Shown here piece by piece: positions 26,468-39,486 of a DNA stretch of 64,000 nt. Position 1 is the stretch's first letter. The number at the start of each line of letters is the position of its first letter. Below the pieces are notes generated by a model. It searched no databases and had not been told where the DNA came from. It worked only from the letters and a program-made list of their open reading frames with translations. The position numbers and the translations under genes are program-made. The DNA comes from Neoconidiobolus thromboides FSU 785 (lineage: Eukaryota > Fungi > Entomophthoromycota), in contig MU626307.1 of assembly GCA_025603075.1 (NCBI GenBank), positions 56,901 through 120,900 on the forward strand. Reading direction: 5' to 3'.

Positions 26468-26554
26468 TTTATTATTTTAGAATAAAAGCATAATGAAAAA
26501 TAAAATTTGTTAGAAAAATAATTTTAAATTTATTATACAAAATAAAATAAATGT

Positions 26555-26928
26555 TTAAATAGATGGTAATAGTAATAAACCCCAAACAACCCCAACACAA
26601 TATACTAAATAGTTACTAATAATAATAGCACCCTTTGAATTATTAACTACGTTTGTTTTCTTTTTAGAAAATGTAACAAAAGTTACATCACTTTCTTTAC
26701 TCTTTTTACTTAATGAAGTAGGTGCACTTGGTAATGTTACATTTGAGGGTACTAATAATACACCTGGTTGTCCAACACATTCTGTATAACATTTAAGCAT
26801 TTCTGATGGGTTTGAATCTGCTAATCCTTTACAGGCACTTTTACATTTGCTATCCTCTGCTTTCGATGAGCTAGGGCCACTCTCTTTACTATTTTGATCT
26901 GTTACTTTAGTAGGACCCGGAGTCGGGC

Positions 26929-26962
<34 letters not shown>

Positions 26963-27168
26963 TTGATTATTATTATTTTGATTATCGTTAATATTCATGT
27001 TATTAACATTATTCATACTTGATGGTTTTGATTCAAATATGTTTGGTTTGCTTAATGAAGAAGTAGGTAATAAATCATTTTTTTCACCTTTAGAAGTAGA
27101 TACTAAGACTGGTTTAGGTAATATATCATTATTTATTAATTCTAAATCATCAGTTATCCTATCATTTG

Positions 27169-27199
<31 letters not shown>

Positions 27200-27359
27200 T
27201 CCTTTCTCTTTATTTTCTATTGTGTCTATTGAAGCTATTATAATATTAGTTTAGATTATGTATTAATTTACTAAATAGAATAATATTACCTAAAGAATTC
27301 ATATTTTGTCTTAAAGCAGAGTAGATTAAAATATAGCAATGTAAATAAATCAATCTCAT
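26555..27359 (-). CDS. Putative GPI-anchored Asn/Ser-rich surface protein with a CX3C...CX3C mini-domain, 2 exons
   Basis: Exon 1 MRLIYLHCYILIYSALRQNMNSL, GTAAT..ATAG phase-1 intron, exon 2 in frame with the 26555-27016 ORF; two poly-Asn tracts; hydrophobic C-terminus YLVYCVGVVWGLLLLPSI. Confidence 0.7.
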
Positions 27360-28092
27360 TGTTTAATAGAATACAGAAATGTTTTAATAATTAAAAATTA
27401 AAGAAGAAATAATTGTACTTTTATTTATTATTTATACACATTTAATAAAACTTATCTTAAAACTAAAATTTACCTTCTATTTCGTTTCATTTATAAATTT
27501 TGATTTGATTATTGTTAGTGTTTTATTTGAAATGCTCCTTTTGTATTTTTTGAAACAAACTTAGACTAGCATTGAGTACTAATTATTTGAAAAAATCATC
27601 TTTTAAACAATGTCATTTTCATTGTACTTTTCTATTCTAATAGCTATTTTTAAAACTAGCTGATTATTGACTAATAGCATTGTAAATACTTCATAATAAG
27701 ATAGGTTACTTTTATAATCATTAAATTCAAATTAAAACAATAAATTCAAAAATAATTTGAACAAAAAGTTTATATAGCTTTATCTTATTTTTATACAGTG
27801 TGTATTACTAATGAGTTTTAAACTAATATAAGATTAAAAAATTTAATATAAAGTTAAAAAAAACTATTGAATAAATCACTATTAATCGCTGAACTAGTTT
27901 CTAAAATTAATATTTCTATCCATTAATTTATAATCGACAAAATGCCTCTAAGAAAATTGAAAGTGCTTCAATAATACTTAACCTTAACTACAATAATTGA
28001 ATAATCAACACTAATATTAACTTCAAATAGTCATTATCTTCTGCTTGTTTGTTTTTTAAATATCTTATTATCGTCTCGTATTTTAACAAGTT

Positions 28093-28166
28093 GCTTCGGT
28101 AGTGTAGTTGGTTATCACGTCACCCTTACAAGGTGAAGGTCTCCAGTTCGAACCTGGGCTGAAGCA
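28093..28166 (+). tRNA. tRNA-Val(UAC), identical to 22077-22150
   Basis: Same 74-nt cloverleaf; TTTTTT terminator follows. Confidence 0.95.
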
Positions 28167-28388
28167 TTGAGATCTTTTTTATCTAAAATTTTAATATTTG
28201 CATTGTTTGATGAAACTATACATGTTAAAATATACCCAAGAATTTTACTAACACTTTTTCTGTTCTAATAAAACTTAACTGATATGAAAATATATTTTTT
28301 TATCAAATTAAATAACACTTAAAACATTATAAGGTATAGTTGTAAATTGAAAGTTAATTTAAAATATTATAGTTATCACTTAAATATA

Positions 28389-28432
28389 TGAGGGGGGTGT
28401 CTTTTTGGTTTCATCAAGTTTCCATTTTTAAG
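28389..28432 (-). mobile_element. MITE-like element, copy 4 (right half only)
   Basis: TGAGGGGGGTGTCTTTTTGGTTTCATC...TCCATTTTTAAG matches the reverse complement of the element's right end; another fragment (AAGAATTTTACTAACAC) lies near 28238-28260. Confidence 0.55.
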
Positions 28433-28476
28433 TTTTCCCTCCTTATTTTAAGGAAAAAAAATATTGAAACAAAAAA

Positions 28477-28548
28477 GGGCTCAGCAGGGAATTGAACCCT
28501 GGACCTCTCGCACCCAAAGCGAGAATCATACCACTAGACCACTAAGCC
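28477..28548 (-). tRNA. tRNA-Pro(UGG)
   Basis: 72-nt cloverleaf GGCTTAG..CTGAGCC-C, anticodon arm CTCGC-TT TGG GT-GCGAG; T6 terminator. Confidence 0.95.
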
Positions 28549-28696
28549 ACTGAGAGTGATCTTAGAAATAATTTATATAGTACAAGATCTTAATCTTTAG
28601 TGATTCAATAGCTTCAAAAACTGAAAATCCATTTAAACTACACAAACTCAAAATTAATTTTATTTCTTTTAAGCTAAATCCAACTTTTAAAACGAA

Positions 28697-29563
28697 ATGG
28701 GAGTTGTATGGTAACTAACAATCGAACCAAAAAAGATAGATATTAAAAAATCATGCAGTGTAGCGCGTTTGAGCGAAGAGCAAGGGATGTCGGGATTAAG
28801 TTTCCAACAATTAATTGAACATACCGAAAAAGTATTTAATGGTCGCTCAATGAATCGATGGCAAGTGAATATTAATTTGTATAAAGATAGTGCGATTGTA
28901 ACTCAAGCACGAAAAAATGGGGCCCATTTAATTAATCAAAGAATAGAAAATTTAAGCATTTTACAACAATATAGTTTAGCGGAGTTGAAAAAACATTCAA
29001 ATAATCAATTGTTTTGTTTTAAAAGTAGTAATATGGAGAAAGGGTTTTCTTGGAGTGGAGAATCAATTATTGAAGCGGAAGGTACTATCTTTGAACTTAT
29101 GAAAAAGTTGAAAAATGTTTGGACGGTTAGACAAACTGCTAGTATTGAGGTTAGATAATTCCTTCTTTTGTACTGTTTGTCTAATGCATTTTAGGGTTTG
29201 GAGTATATGATTGGCGACTTTTTACTGAGATTTGGTTCTTTATATATTAGCAAAACTTATAAAGGAATTATTCTAGAAGTAATCAAAAAGGAATTGAATT
29301 TAAATTAAATAGTAATACTTTATTAGGTAGAATATAAACCATGTACATCTCCAAAATATTATCGCTTAGTAACGGAAGAGTTTTTGAGAGAATTTTTGAA
29401 AGATTTAATTTCAAAAAAAGATCCTTCAAGTCATATCCGAAATTTAACCATTTGTGATATCAATCCCTTATTAAAACAAAACGCTATTTCAACAAGAACT
29501 TTTGGACCCTTTCATATAGCTTTACAATACAAAGCAATCATTGAAAAAGATAAATTATTTTAA
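28697..29563 (+). CDS. MED20: Mediator subunit 20, multi-exon
   Basis: Spliced MGVVC start; GLEYMIGDFLLRFGSL...KGIILEVEYKPC matches the Med20 core. Confidence 0.7.
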
Positions 29564-29694
29564 TTAAAAAAATTGTATACTTGCTTTTCAATTTATTAAT
29601 TAATCTTTCTGTTTGATCATTTTTATTTTAATAAGCACTACTTTAGGCTCGTATTTTCAAAAAAAATTATACTATGATATAACTATTTAGTTTA

Positions 29695-32600
29695 TTATCT
29701 TGCAATAGAAAGTTGATTATTTCTAGATATCAAAGGTATTTCATCCAACCCGATTTCGCTTCTGCTTGAATTAAAATTATGATTTGAAAGTTCAGAATGA
29801 TTGACAAAGGATAGATGTCTCAATACGTCCTTTTTTGTTATTAAACCTAATAATTTTCCATATTTTGTTACTAACACATATCTTAAGCCCTATAAAGTTT
29901 TATTATTACTATGATTTATTTACTAGTTTTTATACTTTACCATATTAGAAAACAAGGAGATGACCAATTCCATAGGCAATGTTAATGACACTGTTATAGG
30001 AGTCTAAACAACAAACAATTAGCACTATTCTATTGTTGATTATAAAATGCTATTACATGATCTGTCCAACTTCTGATATCTAAAAAGTTATTTGATTCTA
30101 AAATGGTGAGTGAATGGGCATCGATAATATCAAATAAGCATGGTGAGTTCCCATCAATTCCAGGTTGCTGAACCCCTTGTTCTATAAAAATAATTATTAC
30201 TTTATTGCCCTATCGTTATGTGATTACTCTACCTAATGCTGTACGTAATTCAGATCTAGATATGTATCCTACCAAAGTAGTATCCGAATTTGATTTAATA
30301 ATTGGAAATCCTTTAAAATTAGAATATGATAGCAATTCATCTAAGCATAACACATAAATATATTGTTGCTATATTATAAATGTTACTTACTTAATGTTTC
30401 AATATTTGGTCCGTTAGCCGGTATTGTTACTAAATCTTCGATTCTCGTCATAACATTACCTGCTGTATAATCATGCTGATACTCTTCTTTATTATCTAAG
30501 TATGGATATCCATATAAATTGATTAATCCATGTGTGAGTCCACCTGGTCCAAAAGCATCTCCTACCCACTTACTTGTCATTACTGATGATTATTAGCTTA
30601 TGTTATAGTATATTAATATAATGTCATGAAATTACCTGCCATCATAATAGGTAAAGCATAGGTCAAAGCGCCAGTTAACTCAAACATAATAATAACTAAA
30701 GAAACTAAAATAACAAACATTATTTCTATAGCATACTGTACTACAATGTATTTGTACCTGTCATACGAGTCATTCCGCCCATCATAGCAGCAGCGCCGAC
30801 CATAGCATAAGTACCTGGAGAAATACATGGTTTACCGCCACAAGAAGAAAAAAGGAAAAGTGTGGGATAAGACCTAATAATACTTTAACACAAGTAAAAT
30901 AAAATAAGTGATTTATAGCTTGCCTCTGCCACATATCGACTAAAATGCCCATAACTCTACCTAGACAAGCACCGATCATCATAGAGGGCATATAAAATCC
31001 AGCTGGTATTTCTAAACCAAACGTAAAAATAGCTAAGAAAAATTTGAGTAAGCCAGCTATCGTCAATAATGTCATTGTCATTGGTAATCCACTTTTGCTA
31101 ATTAAAATTAAGTATTTATATAATCATGAGAATAATATTTTTACTCACAAAGTCCTGGATATAGCCCAGGTTCTGTATCACACTCTTTAAACAAGTTAGA
31201 CAATAGCTCAGATGCATCCACTCTATATTATTAATATTATATTATAGTATTATAGTATATTATTATTACCTCATATAGATATTAGGATATGAAATAGCAG
31301 CCGTAATTAAAGCAATAGAAAATACTTGTTGAATGGGATATTTAGCTAACCAAGAAGAATGTATATAGGAAGTCACTTTGAGATTCAGTCTTATAAACAA
31401 AGCTCCCAATAAACCCTAAAAAAATAAACACGACATAATACTAATGAATAATAAGAGTTACTCCAATAGCACCCAACAACAAGAAGAAAATCATTTCAAA
31501 ACCATGCCAATTAGTTGTATATGCCACTTGAAAATGTACTAAATTACCAGTACGGAAGGGATTGATTGCCTTTGATAAACATTAACTCAAATAATAAATT
31601 AAGGTTACTATTATTTACTTTTAATGTAACTGCTGCCATCATAGCACAAAAAAAGGAACGCCACATAATTTTATAGGGGAAATAATATGATACTTCCTAT
31701 TATTTTTTTAAAATTAAATTTAAATCACAAAAATTATAAAGTTACTTCTAATGAATATAAGACACCTCCAATTGGTGTACCGAACGCAACTGAAATACCT
31801 GCAGATGCTGCAGCTGATAAGATTTCTCTTTTCTTAGCTAAATAAAATAAATTTGCTATCTTAATAACAACATTTATTAAATTTACCTTCATTAAATCTA
31901 TACTTGTTAAAAAATCTCAAATAAAAATTTCCAATACAACAAGCAATATGTACTAAGGGCGCCTCTTTACCTAAAGTTAATCCAGAAGCAACAGCTAAAC
32001 ACTACTTTGTTTAATTATTACTAAGTCATCAATAAATAGAAACTTACGGAACCAATAGTTTTAATCATAAGAGTCCATTTACCTAAAAAGCCACGTATAA
32101 TAAAACCAGCTAAAATAGTTTTAATTTCAGGTAAACCAGAGCGAGAAGCATAAGGTGCAAATTTATATACTAAAAAAGCACAACTTGTAGCAAATAATGT
32201 CTACTTGAAATACACAATATAATATAGTAATATATAATATAATATAAAAAAGGCTAAAATTAATACATTTCTAAAAAATAAATAAATGTTTTTTACTCCA
32301 GAAAATAAAAATATTAAATATTGGATCAAATAATTCACTGAATAAGATTCAATCCTAAACAATAAATACCATGGTACCCATTCATCACAATCATTGTAGC
32401 CTATAAGTTGTTATTAAATATTTGTTATTATTATATGCTGTTATCTTTAGTATTATTATAAAATAGATTATTACTATCATAGCCCCAACAGCAAAAAGAT
32501 TGGTTGATATAAAATCCAGTAGAGCAATAGCCTATTCTAATATCAGCCAACCAATCTGAAATAATATCAATAAAAGCAGCGAACACGCCGCAGGTAACGC

Positions 32601-33257
32601 CTAAAAAACAATTATTAAATTCACCATTATAAAAAAACAATTCTAAACCTTACCAATAAATAAAACAATAATCCAAGCAATAGAAGCATCCCACCAAATG
32701 AATAAAAAATTAAAAAACCCTTTCTTTTGAATAATTTTTTCTTTTCTTATCCTTTCTTTTTCAAAATCAAAATTCCAATCAATGGCATTAAAATCGTCAT
32801 AAACCCTTAATCTCGATTCTCTTTCTTCAAACTGTTTATAATCAAACCAAAAATCATCTACATTTTGAGGTGTACTTGGTATACTTAAGTTTCCAATTCC
32901 ATTATTATTACCACTACTACTCTGTTGTCGACTAATAGTAGGTGTGACATTGCTATCTTTACCACTTACATTATTATTATCATTTAAAATTTCTCCTTCA
33001 TTACTTATATTAACCTCTAAACTTGGTATTCGAAACCGATTATTAGTTAATAAACTATTCTTTCTTCGATTTTCTAATTTATTTTTTTTAAATGTTAGTG
33101 GTAATGCTCGAGTGATATCTCCACCATCTACCACTTGGGTATTACTTTCATTAAATATATTATCTTTCTCATCCTCAATTTCTACTCTTATCTCATCTTG
33201 ACTTTCTAGTTCTAAAGATTCTTCTTCATTCCACGGGTTGTTATTAAACTCACTCAT
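29695..33257 (-). CDS. GEF1: CLC-family Cl-/H+ transporter with CBS domains (Gef1/CLC-3-like), many introns
   Basis: [74 protein letters not shown]. Confidence 0.9.
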
Positions 33258-33395
33258 TTTAAAACTTTATAAAAATAAAAATGATGTTTTTGATAAAATT
33301 CAATCTATTAATTCAGCGTAATCAAGAACCTATTTAATAATTATTCTTTGTAATGAAAAAATTACAGATTTGATCACCTGCTAACTTTATTAGAA

Positions 33396-33467
33396 GGGCT
33401 CAGCAGGGAATTGAACCCTGGACCTCTCGCACCCAAAGCGAGAATCATACCACTAGACCACTAAGCC
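33396..33467 (-). tRNA. tRNA-Pro(UGG), identical to 28477-28548
   Basis: Same 72-nt cloverleaf. Confidence 0.93.
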
Positions 33468-34676
33468 ATTTATATAATAATATATTTATTTAATTATATA
33501 AACTAATATTAACATGCATTTTATTAAATACTTACTATTTTAAATCAAAAGCAATAGTTGGGCTTCATTAAATAGAATAGACAAAGTATTATATTGATCG
33601 CGGTACTGATCAACAAGTAAACCAAAACTATTTTTGTTTTAACTTGTAAGATTACAGCGAGAGTTCGACTTTGAGTATTTTTTTCAAATTGTATGAAATA
33701 ACATTTTAGAGGAAATGGGGCTATAAATACAAGTTCAATTGGAAATGATGCAAAAAAAATAACAAGTAGTTAAGCTATTAAATGAAATAAAATATTATAA
33801 TATACTGGTTTCAGTTTTGAATATCTATATAATTAATTAAACTGGGATATATTTACATCTTTATGTTGGGTTTTCATATTTAAAATAGATTCTGTTCTCT
33901 TATAGCTTAAAAGTTTCTTTATTTTAGAGTGGTTTTTCATTAAAAATATCAATTTTGAAAGTTAAAAATTCTTTTCCAAAATGTGACATTTCATACAAGT
34001 GGGTATTGATATATAAATAGCTGCGTGAATATTATTTATAACGGCTAAATTATAATCTAATAAGCTTTATAGTTAAAATCAAGAAGTTTTAAATAGTTAG
34101 TAATGGTTATCTTAAAAGTGGTTATGTTGATAATAATAGTTTTAATAAATTGCATTATTAAATGCCATCGTATTGTATGAAAATTATATCAATATTATGT
34201 TTAATTCCATGCCTTTTAGCTATTCAGTATACTTATCATATTTATTCATGTTTGTAAATATGTTTTACTTCTCTTACACTATTTAATATTATATAATATT
34301 ATGTACATTACTAATCAATGACTAAGAAAAAAAAATGAAATTTTGATATTTTCAAGCAGTTGACATGAACTTAGTTTATTGATTAGTAATAAACGAGCCA
34401 ATAAACGCCACTTAAATTCGAATCACTAAGCAAATTCAAAAAAATATAAAAAAGACGAACAAATCAATTAGATTCGGCCAAAACCACATAAAGTAAGTCC
34501 TTCTTTTATAACTCAATAAGTAAGTATTTAGATACATCCATTAAATATTAAAAGCAGCAACAAACGAAACAAAATAGATGGTAGAATAAATAACAAATTG
34601 AAATGGAACAAACAGAAATAAAAAAGATGAAATTGAAAGGAGTTATAGAATAGAATATTAAATGTTAATCATAGAA

Positions 34677-35383
34677 ATGGGTCGTCGTCCAGCTCGTTGC
34701 TACCGTTATTGTAAAAACAAACCATACCCAAAATCTCGTTATAACAGAGGTGTACCAGGTAAAATTATTAATGAAATTTAAAAAGGAACACAATTTTAAT
34801 GAACAAAAAAGATGCCAAGATCAGGATTTTCGATCTCGGACGTAAGAAGGCCTCCGTTGATGATTTCCCTCTTTGCGTCCATTTAATTTCTGATGAATAC
34901 GAACAGTTATCTTCTGAAGCTTTAGAAGCTGCTCGTATCTGTGCTAACAAATACATTGTTAAGATGAGCGGTAAAGATTCTTTCCATATGCGTGTAAGAG
35001 TCCATCCTTACCATGTTACCCGTATCAATAAAATGTTGTCTTGTGCCGGTGCTGATAGATTGCAAACTGGTATGCGTGGAGCTTACGGTAAACCAAATGG
35101 TCTTGTTGCCCGTGTTGATATTGGTCAAGTACTTATCTCCGTACGTACTAAGGATAGCAACAAAGCTGTTGTTATTGAAGCTTTACGTCGTTGCAAATAT
35201 AAGTTCCCAGGTCGCCAAAAGATCATTATCTCCAAGAAATGGGGTTTCACCAAACTTACCCGTGAAGAATACGTCGAACATCGTAACCAAGGACTCGTTA
35301 AGAATGATGGGTGCTATGTTAAATATTTAAACACTCATGGACCACTCCGCAATTATCTTAAGCGTATCGAAAACTCTGCTTAA
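34677..35383 (+). CDS. RPL10: 60S ribosomal protein uL16, 2 exons
   Basis: [27 protein letters not shown]|[14 protein letters not shown]...[24 protein letters not shown]. Confidence 0.97.
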
Positions 35384-35857
35384 ATACTTGTAATTTAACA
35401 TAAAATAAATTAGGGTAGTATTTAACTTGGAATAATGACAGTTGTTTTTTGAATAAAATATATTAATGACTTTAGGTTTGATACATAAAATTAGGTATAT
35501 AATTAGCAAATTAAAGAGAGAATAATAATTAATACAATGGAAATAATGAAAAGATTAAGGAAATAAAGAGATCGGATATTTATTGTAGAGATGTTATTGA
35601 AATTGTCTATAGAAAGATATAAAAATAAGGACTAAATAAAATAATAGCTTTACAATTTATTATCTAATATAATTTTAACATTTCTATTGTACAATTTAAG
35701 TATATTATTATTATTTTATTAAATAAACTACTTTAAATTTAAAGATCAATACTATATTTAGACAATATTATAAAAAACGTGGAACATTAAAAAATCATCA
35801 AATTAAAGTAAAAAAGTGAAAAAACAAAAGTAGCTTTTTTATAATTTTCAAAAAACA

Positions 35858-36269
35858 ATGAATTCCAGTAATAAAATGAATCGATCAATAAATAAGAATA
35901 ATACAAGTAGTACACCTACAATAAATCAACAGAAGAGGATACGAGAGATATTAAAAAAGAAGATCAAATTAAGAAAGCAGTTAGGTAAAACTTGTTATCT
36001 CTTTAATGATTAAATAATAAATAATAACAATGATGATAAATTTTAAAACTATAGAAAAAAAAGGGGTTGAAGATTTATCCATTGAAAAAACAACTCGAAT
36101 AGAGAAAGATTCGTCGATTATTTTTCCAAGATGTATTGAAGAAAAAGAACATCCTTTTGATAAACAGTTATTAAAAAAATATTGGCAAGAATGGCAACAT
36201 TTAACCAAAATAGAAGCGGTAGAATTATTAAACAAATTGAAACTTAAAGCACAACCAACTAAATTATGA
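35858..36269 (+). CDS. Hypothetical basic protein (~118 aa), 2 exons
   Basis: MNSSNK...LRKQL joined in frame by a GTAAAA..ATAG phase-1 intron to the 36030-36269 ORF; no recognised family. Confidence 0.5.
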
Positions 36270-36319
36270 TAATAATAAGTGATATAAAAATAAATAATCG
36301 AATTTATAATCCCAATTTT

Positions 36320-37486
36320 TTATTTGACATCTACATATTTCCTTTTCATTTGATATGACAAATCTTTTGGATTTCCCTCATTGCCTTTCTTATCAAATTG
36401 CTTATCTCTTTTTCACATTTAATTTTTTACTTTTATACGTCTCAAACTCTACTTTTTTATCCATATCATTAGTATCTAAATCCTTCCATTCTTCCTCCCG
36501 ATGTTTCCCAAATCGATGATTCAACTGGTTAGAATTATCGATAAAAAAATCGTTTCGACCTTTTTCTTGCCATTTAAAACTATCTGGTATATCTTCCAAA
36601 GCAGTCGAAAATTTATTATTTTCTTTTAATATAGAGTTAAATGGTATATTCAATTTTTGTTTCGAATCTAGTAGATGATGGAACTGTTTTTTTGGATAAG
36701 TGGAATAAGAGATATTTGAGCTAGTAACTAAGTTTTTTTTATTCATTCGATTGTGTGGTGTTTGTATTCTTGGAAAGGGTAAATCATTATTGGTTTCCGG
36801 CGTTAACGGTTGGTCTATTTAGATTAAAAAAATCAAAATCAAAAAACAATTCAATATTAAATAAAAATGAACTTACCTCTTAATTTAAACTTGACTGGTT
36901 TTATATCTCCAAACTCAACATTTTTAATATTCTTGGTTAAATTCAAACGCCCCAAAACACCAACTTCCTCCTTTCCTTCCTCACTAAAAAATTTATTATT
37001 TTCAAAATAACTAGACGTAAAATATTGAACGTGATTTAATAGAGCTGTTTGATACAATTCAAAACTTGGTGTTAAATCCAATAACATGGTTTCATTTAGT
37101 AGATTATCAATATGAGTTAGATATGCTTCATTTAACTGTCGTATCCCATTATAAAAATCGGTTAGCACAATTTCTTCTACCTGTCCTTTTTTGGTAATAG
37201 AGGTTAGAACACTATGGAGATTATTATTGTTTTCGATTGTTTTTTTAATGTCTTTATCTTCCACTGATTCCATTTCTTCAACTAGATTATTAGTTCCTAA
37301 TGGTGACAATTCTTCTTTTGTGTCATCTAGTTTTAAATAAAAAAATAAATTTGAAATAACTTTATACTAATTTTGAGCTCTACCTAATTCACTATCATTA
37401 TCTGGTCTTGATATTGGCTTTGTTGCATTCTTTTGTTGCTGCTGTATCTTTACTTGAGTTTTGGAGAAATTTTTGTTCTTTTTCAT
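36320..37486 (-). CDS. Hypothetical hydrophilic protein, about 4 exons
   Basis: ORFs 36857-37309 and 36402-36746 linked by short GT-AG introns; probable start MKKNKNFSKTQ; no recognised family. Confidence 0.55.
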
Positions 37487-37967
37487 ATTTTGGATTATTT
37501 TTTAAAAATTAAGAAAATTCAAGTTTGAATTTTAAAATTTAGCGTTTAAGATAATTCCCGATTTTTATGTAGAAACCAAGATAAGGGATATAACGTTATA
37601 TTCTTTTTGAAGGATCTATTTCGATTAAAAAAGTTGAATATTAGCTGAAATTACACAACTAATAGAACACAGCACATCTTTACGCTGGTATTTAATATCT
37701 CTCATATTCTTTGATTTTTAGTTGATAAAATTAGAATTCTATCAGCTACTAAATTCTAGTCAAATTTCCATCCAATCAAACCCTTAAGATTTTAAAGTTT
37801 CCTAGTAATCGATTGATCCAAAAATGGTCAATTTCAAAGTTCCTGGCTCCAATCAATAAATTCAACATCAATAGGCCACGTATTAAACAAGAAAGTAAAA
37901 TTCAACAATTTTAAAAGTTAATCATCTTTACCTATAATTATTCTAAAAAATTAAAAAATTAAAAAGG

Positions 37968-39363
37968 ATGGTAAATTAACAAATAGAAACAAATAGAACT
38001 CTTGATTGATTTTGTTGAATTCCTTTAGACAAACGCCGCTAATTCTGTCAATTTTGATTCTCAACATGAGGATATGATAGTAATTTTTAACAAAATAACA
38101 AATAAACTCATCAATTAATCCTCCTCCTTTACTTTTTTTTAGCATGATGTTCAATTAGATTACTATGGAAAACGATTAGCTTCTTGTTCCTCAGATCGAA
38201 CTATTCGCTTATTTGAAGTGGAACAAAACGAACAAAAATTAATTCAAGTACTAACTGGGTAAATTAAAATTAATCATCAAGTTTAAAATTACAAAAACTA
38301 ACTATTTTCAATTTTTAAAAATTCAATAACTGATAGCCATGAAGGACCGGTATGGCAAGTGAGTTGGGCACATCCTAAATTTGGAAATATTTTAGCTTCT
38401 TGCTCTTATGATGCTAAAGTGTTTATTTGGAAACAAATTAATAATACTTGGTCAATTATTAAAGAACATAACGTTCATACTTCTTCGGGTGAGTATATAG
38501 TTTATTGATTTGATTCAATTAAGCAATTAATTATGTAGTTAATTCGATCGCTTGGGCACCTCATGAACTTGGACCTATTTTAGCTTGTGCTTCCTCCGAT
38601 GGTAAAGTTTCTACCCTTAGTTATAAAGGTAAATTAATTCTATTATAGAAACTAATAACTAAATTATTTTAAAAAATTATAGAAGATGGAACTTGGGAAT
38701 CATCCATTTTTGATGCCCATGCTATTGGATGCAATGCTATTTCATGGGCACCACCTACTTTGGCTGGAAGTTTGACACAATCCACAGTCAACAAATCCGC
38801 TGCTTTGATGAGATTTGCTACCGCTGGTTGCGACAATTTGGTCAAAATTTGGACTTGGAAGTAAGTTAATTAAGATATCCATCAATATATATAGAATTAG
38901 CTACTAATTATTTATATTAATTCTTTATATTTATAGAGAAGATTTGTTGATTTGGAAAGAAGAAGAAGAGGTATTAGATGGTCATACAGATTGGGTTCGA
39001 GATATTGCTTGGGCACCAAGTATTGGATTTAACCAAAATATTTTAGCTTCTTGTTCACAGGTAATTAAAAAAATGAATTAAGTTTCACACTCTCATTTGA
39101 TCTTTATTCATCTATATACTAACATAATATGATATTTTCTATTATAATAGGATAAAACGGTGTTAATTTGGACACAGAATGGAAGTAATAATAAGTGGAA
39201 TAAAACAGTACTTAAAAGTGAGCCTTTTCCAGATGTCGTTTGGAGACTCTCTTGGTCTCAATCAGGCAATATATTAGCTGTATCTTGTGGTAATAATACG
39301 GTGTCTCTTTGGAAACAAAATTTAAATGGAGAATGGGAAACTTTTTCAGAATTAAAGGAATAA
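37968..39363 (+). CDS. SEC13: COPII/nucleoporin WD40 protein
   Basis: [73 protein letters not shown]; start ATG is a single-codon exon (position inferred). Confidence 0.95.
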
Positions 39364-39486
39364 AGTTTATAAGTGAATAAAATGAGCTGCTTTTTTTAAA
39401 TTATGATACAAATGGTTTTATGTTTTATGTTTTATTATTATCTAGATAGGAGAGAAGAGAAGCAAAAAGGAAAATTATGTTTATTT

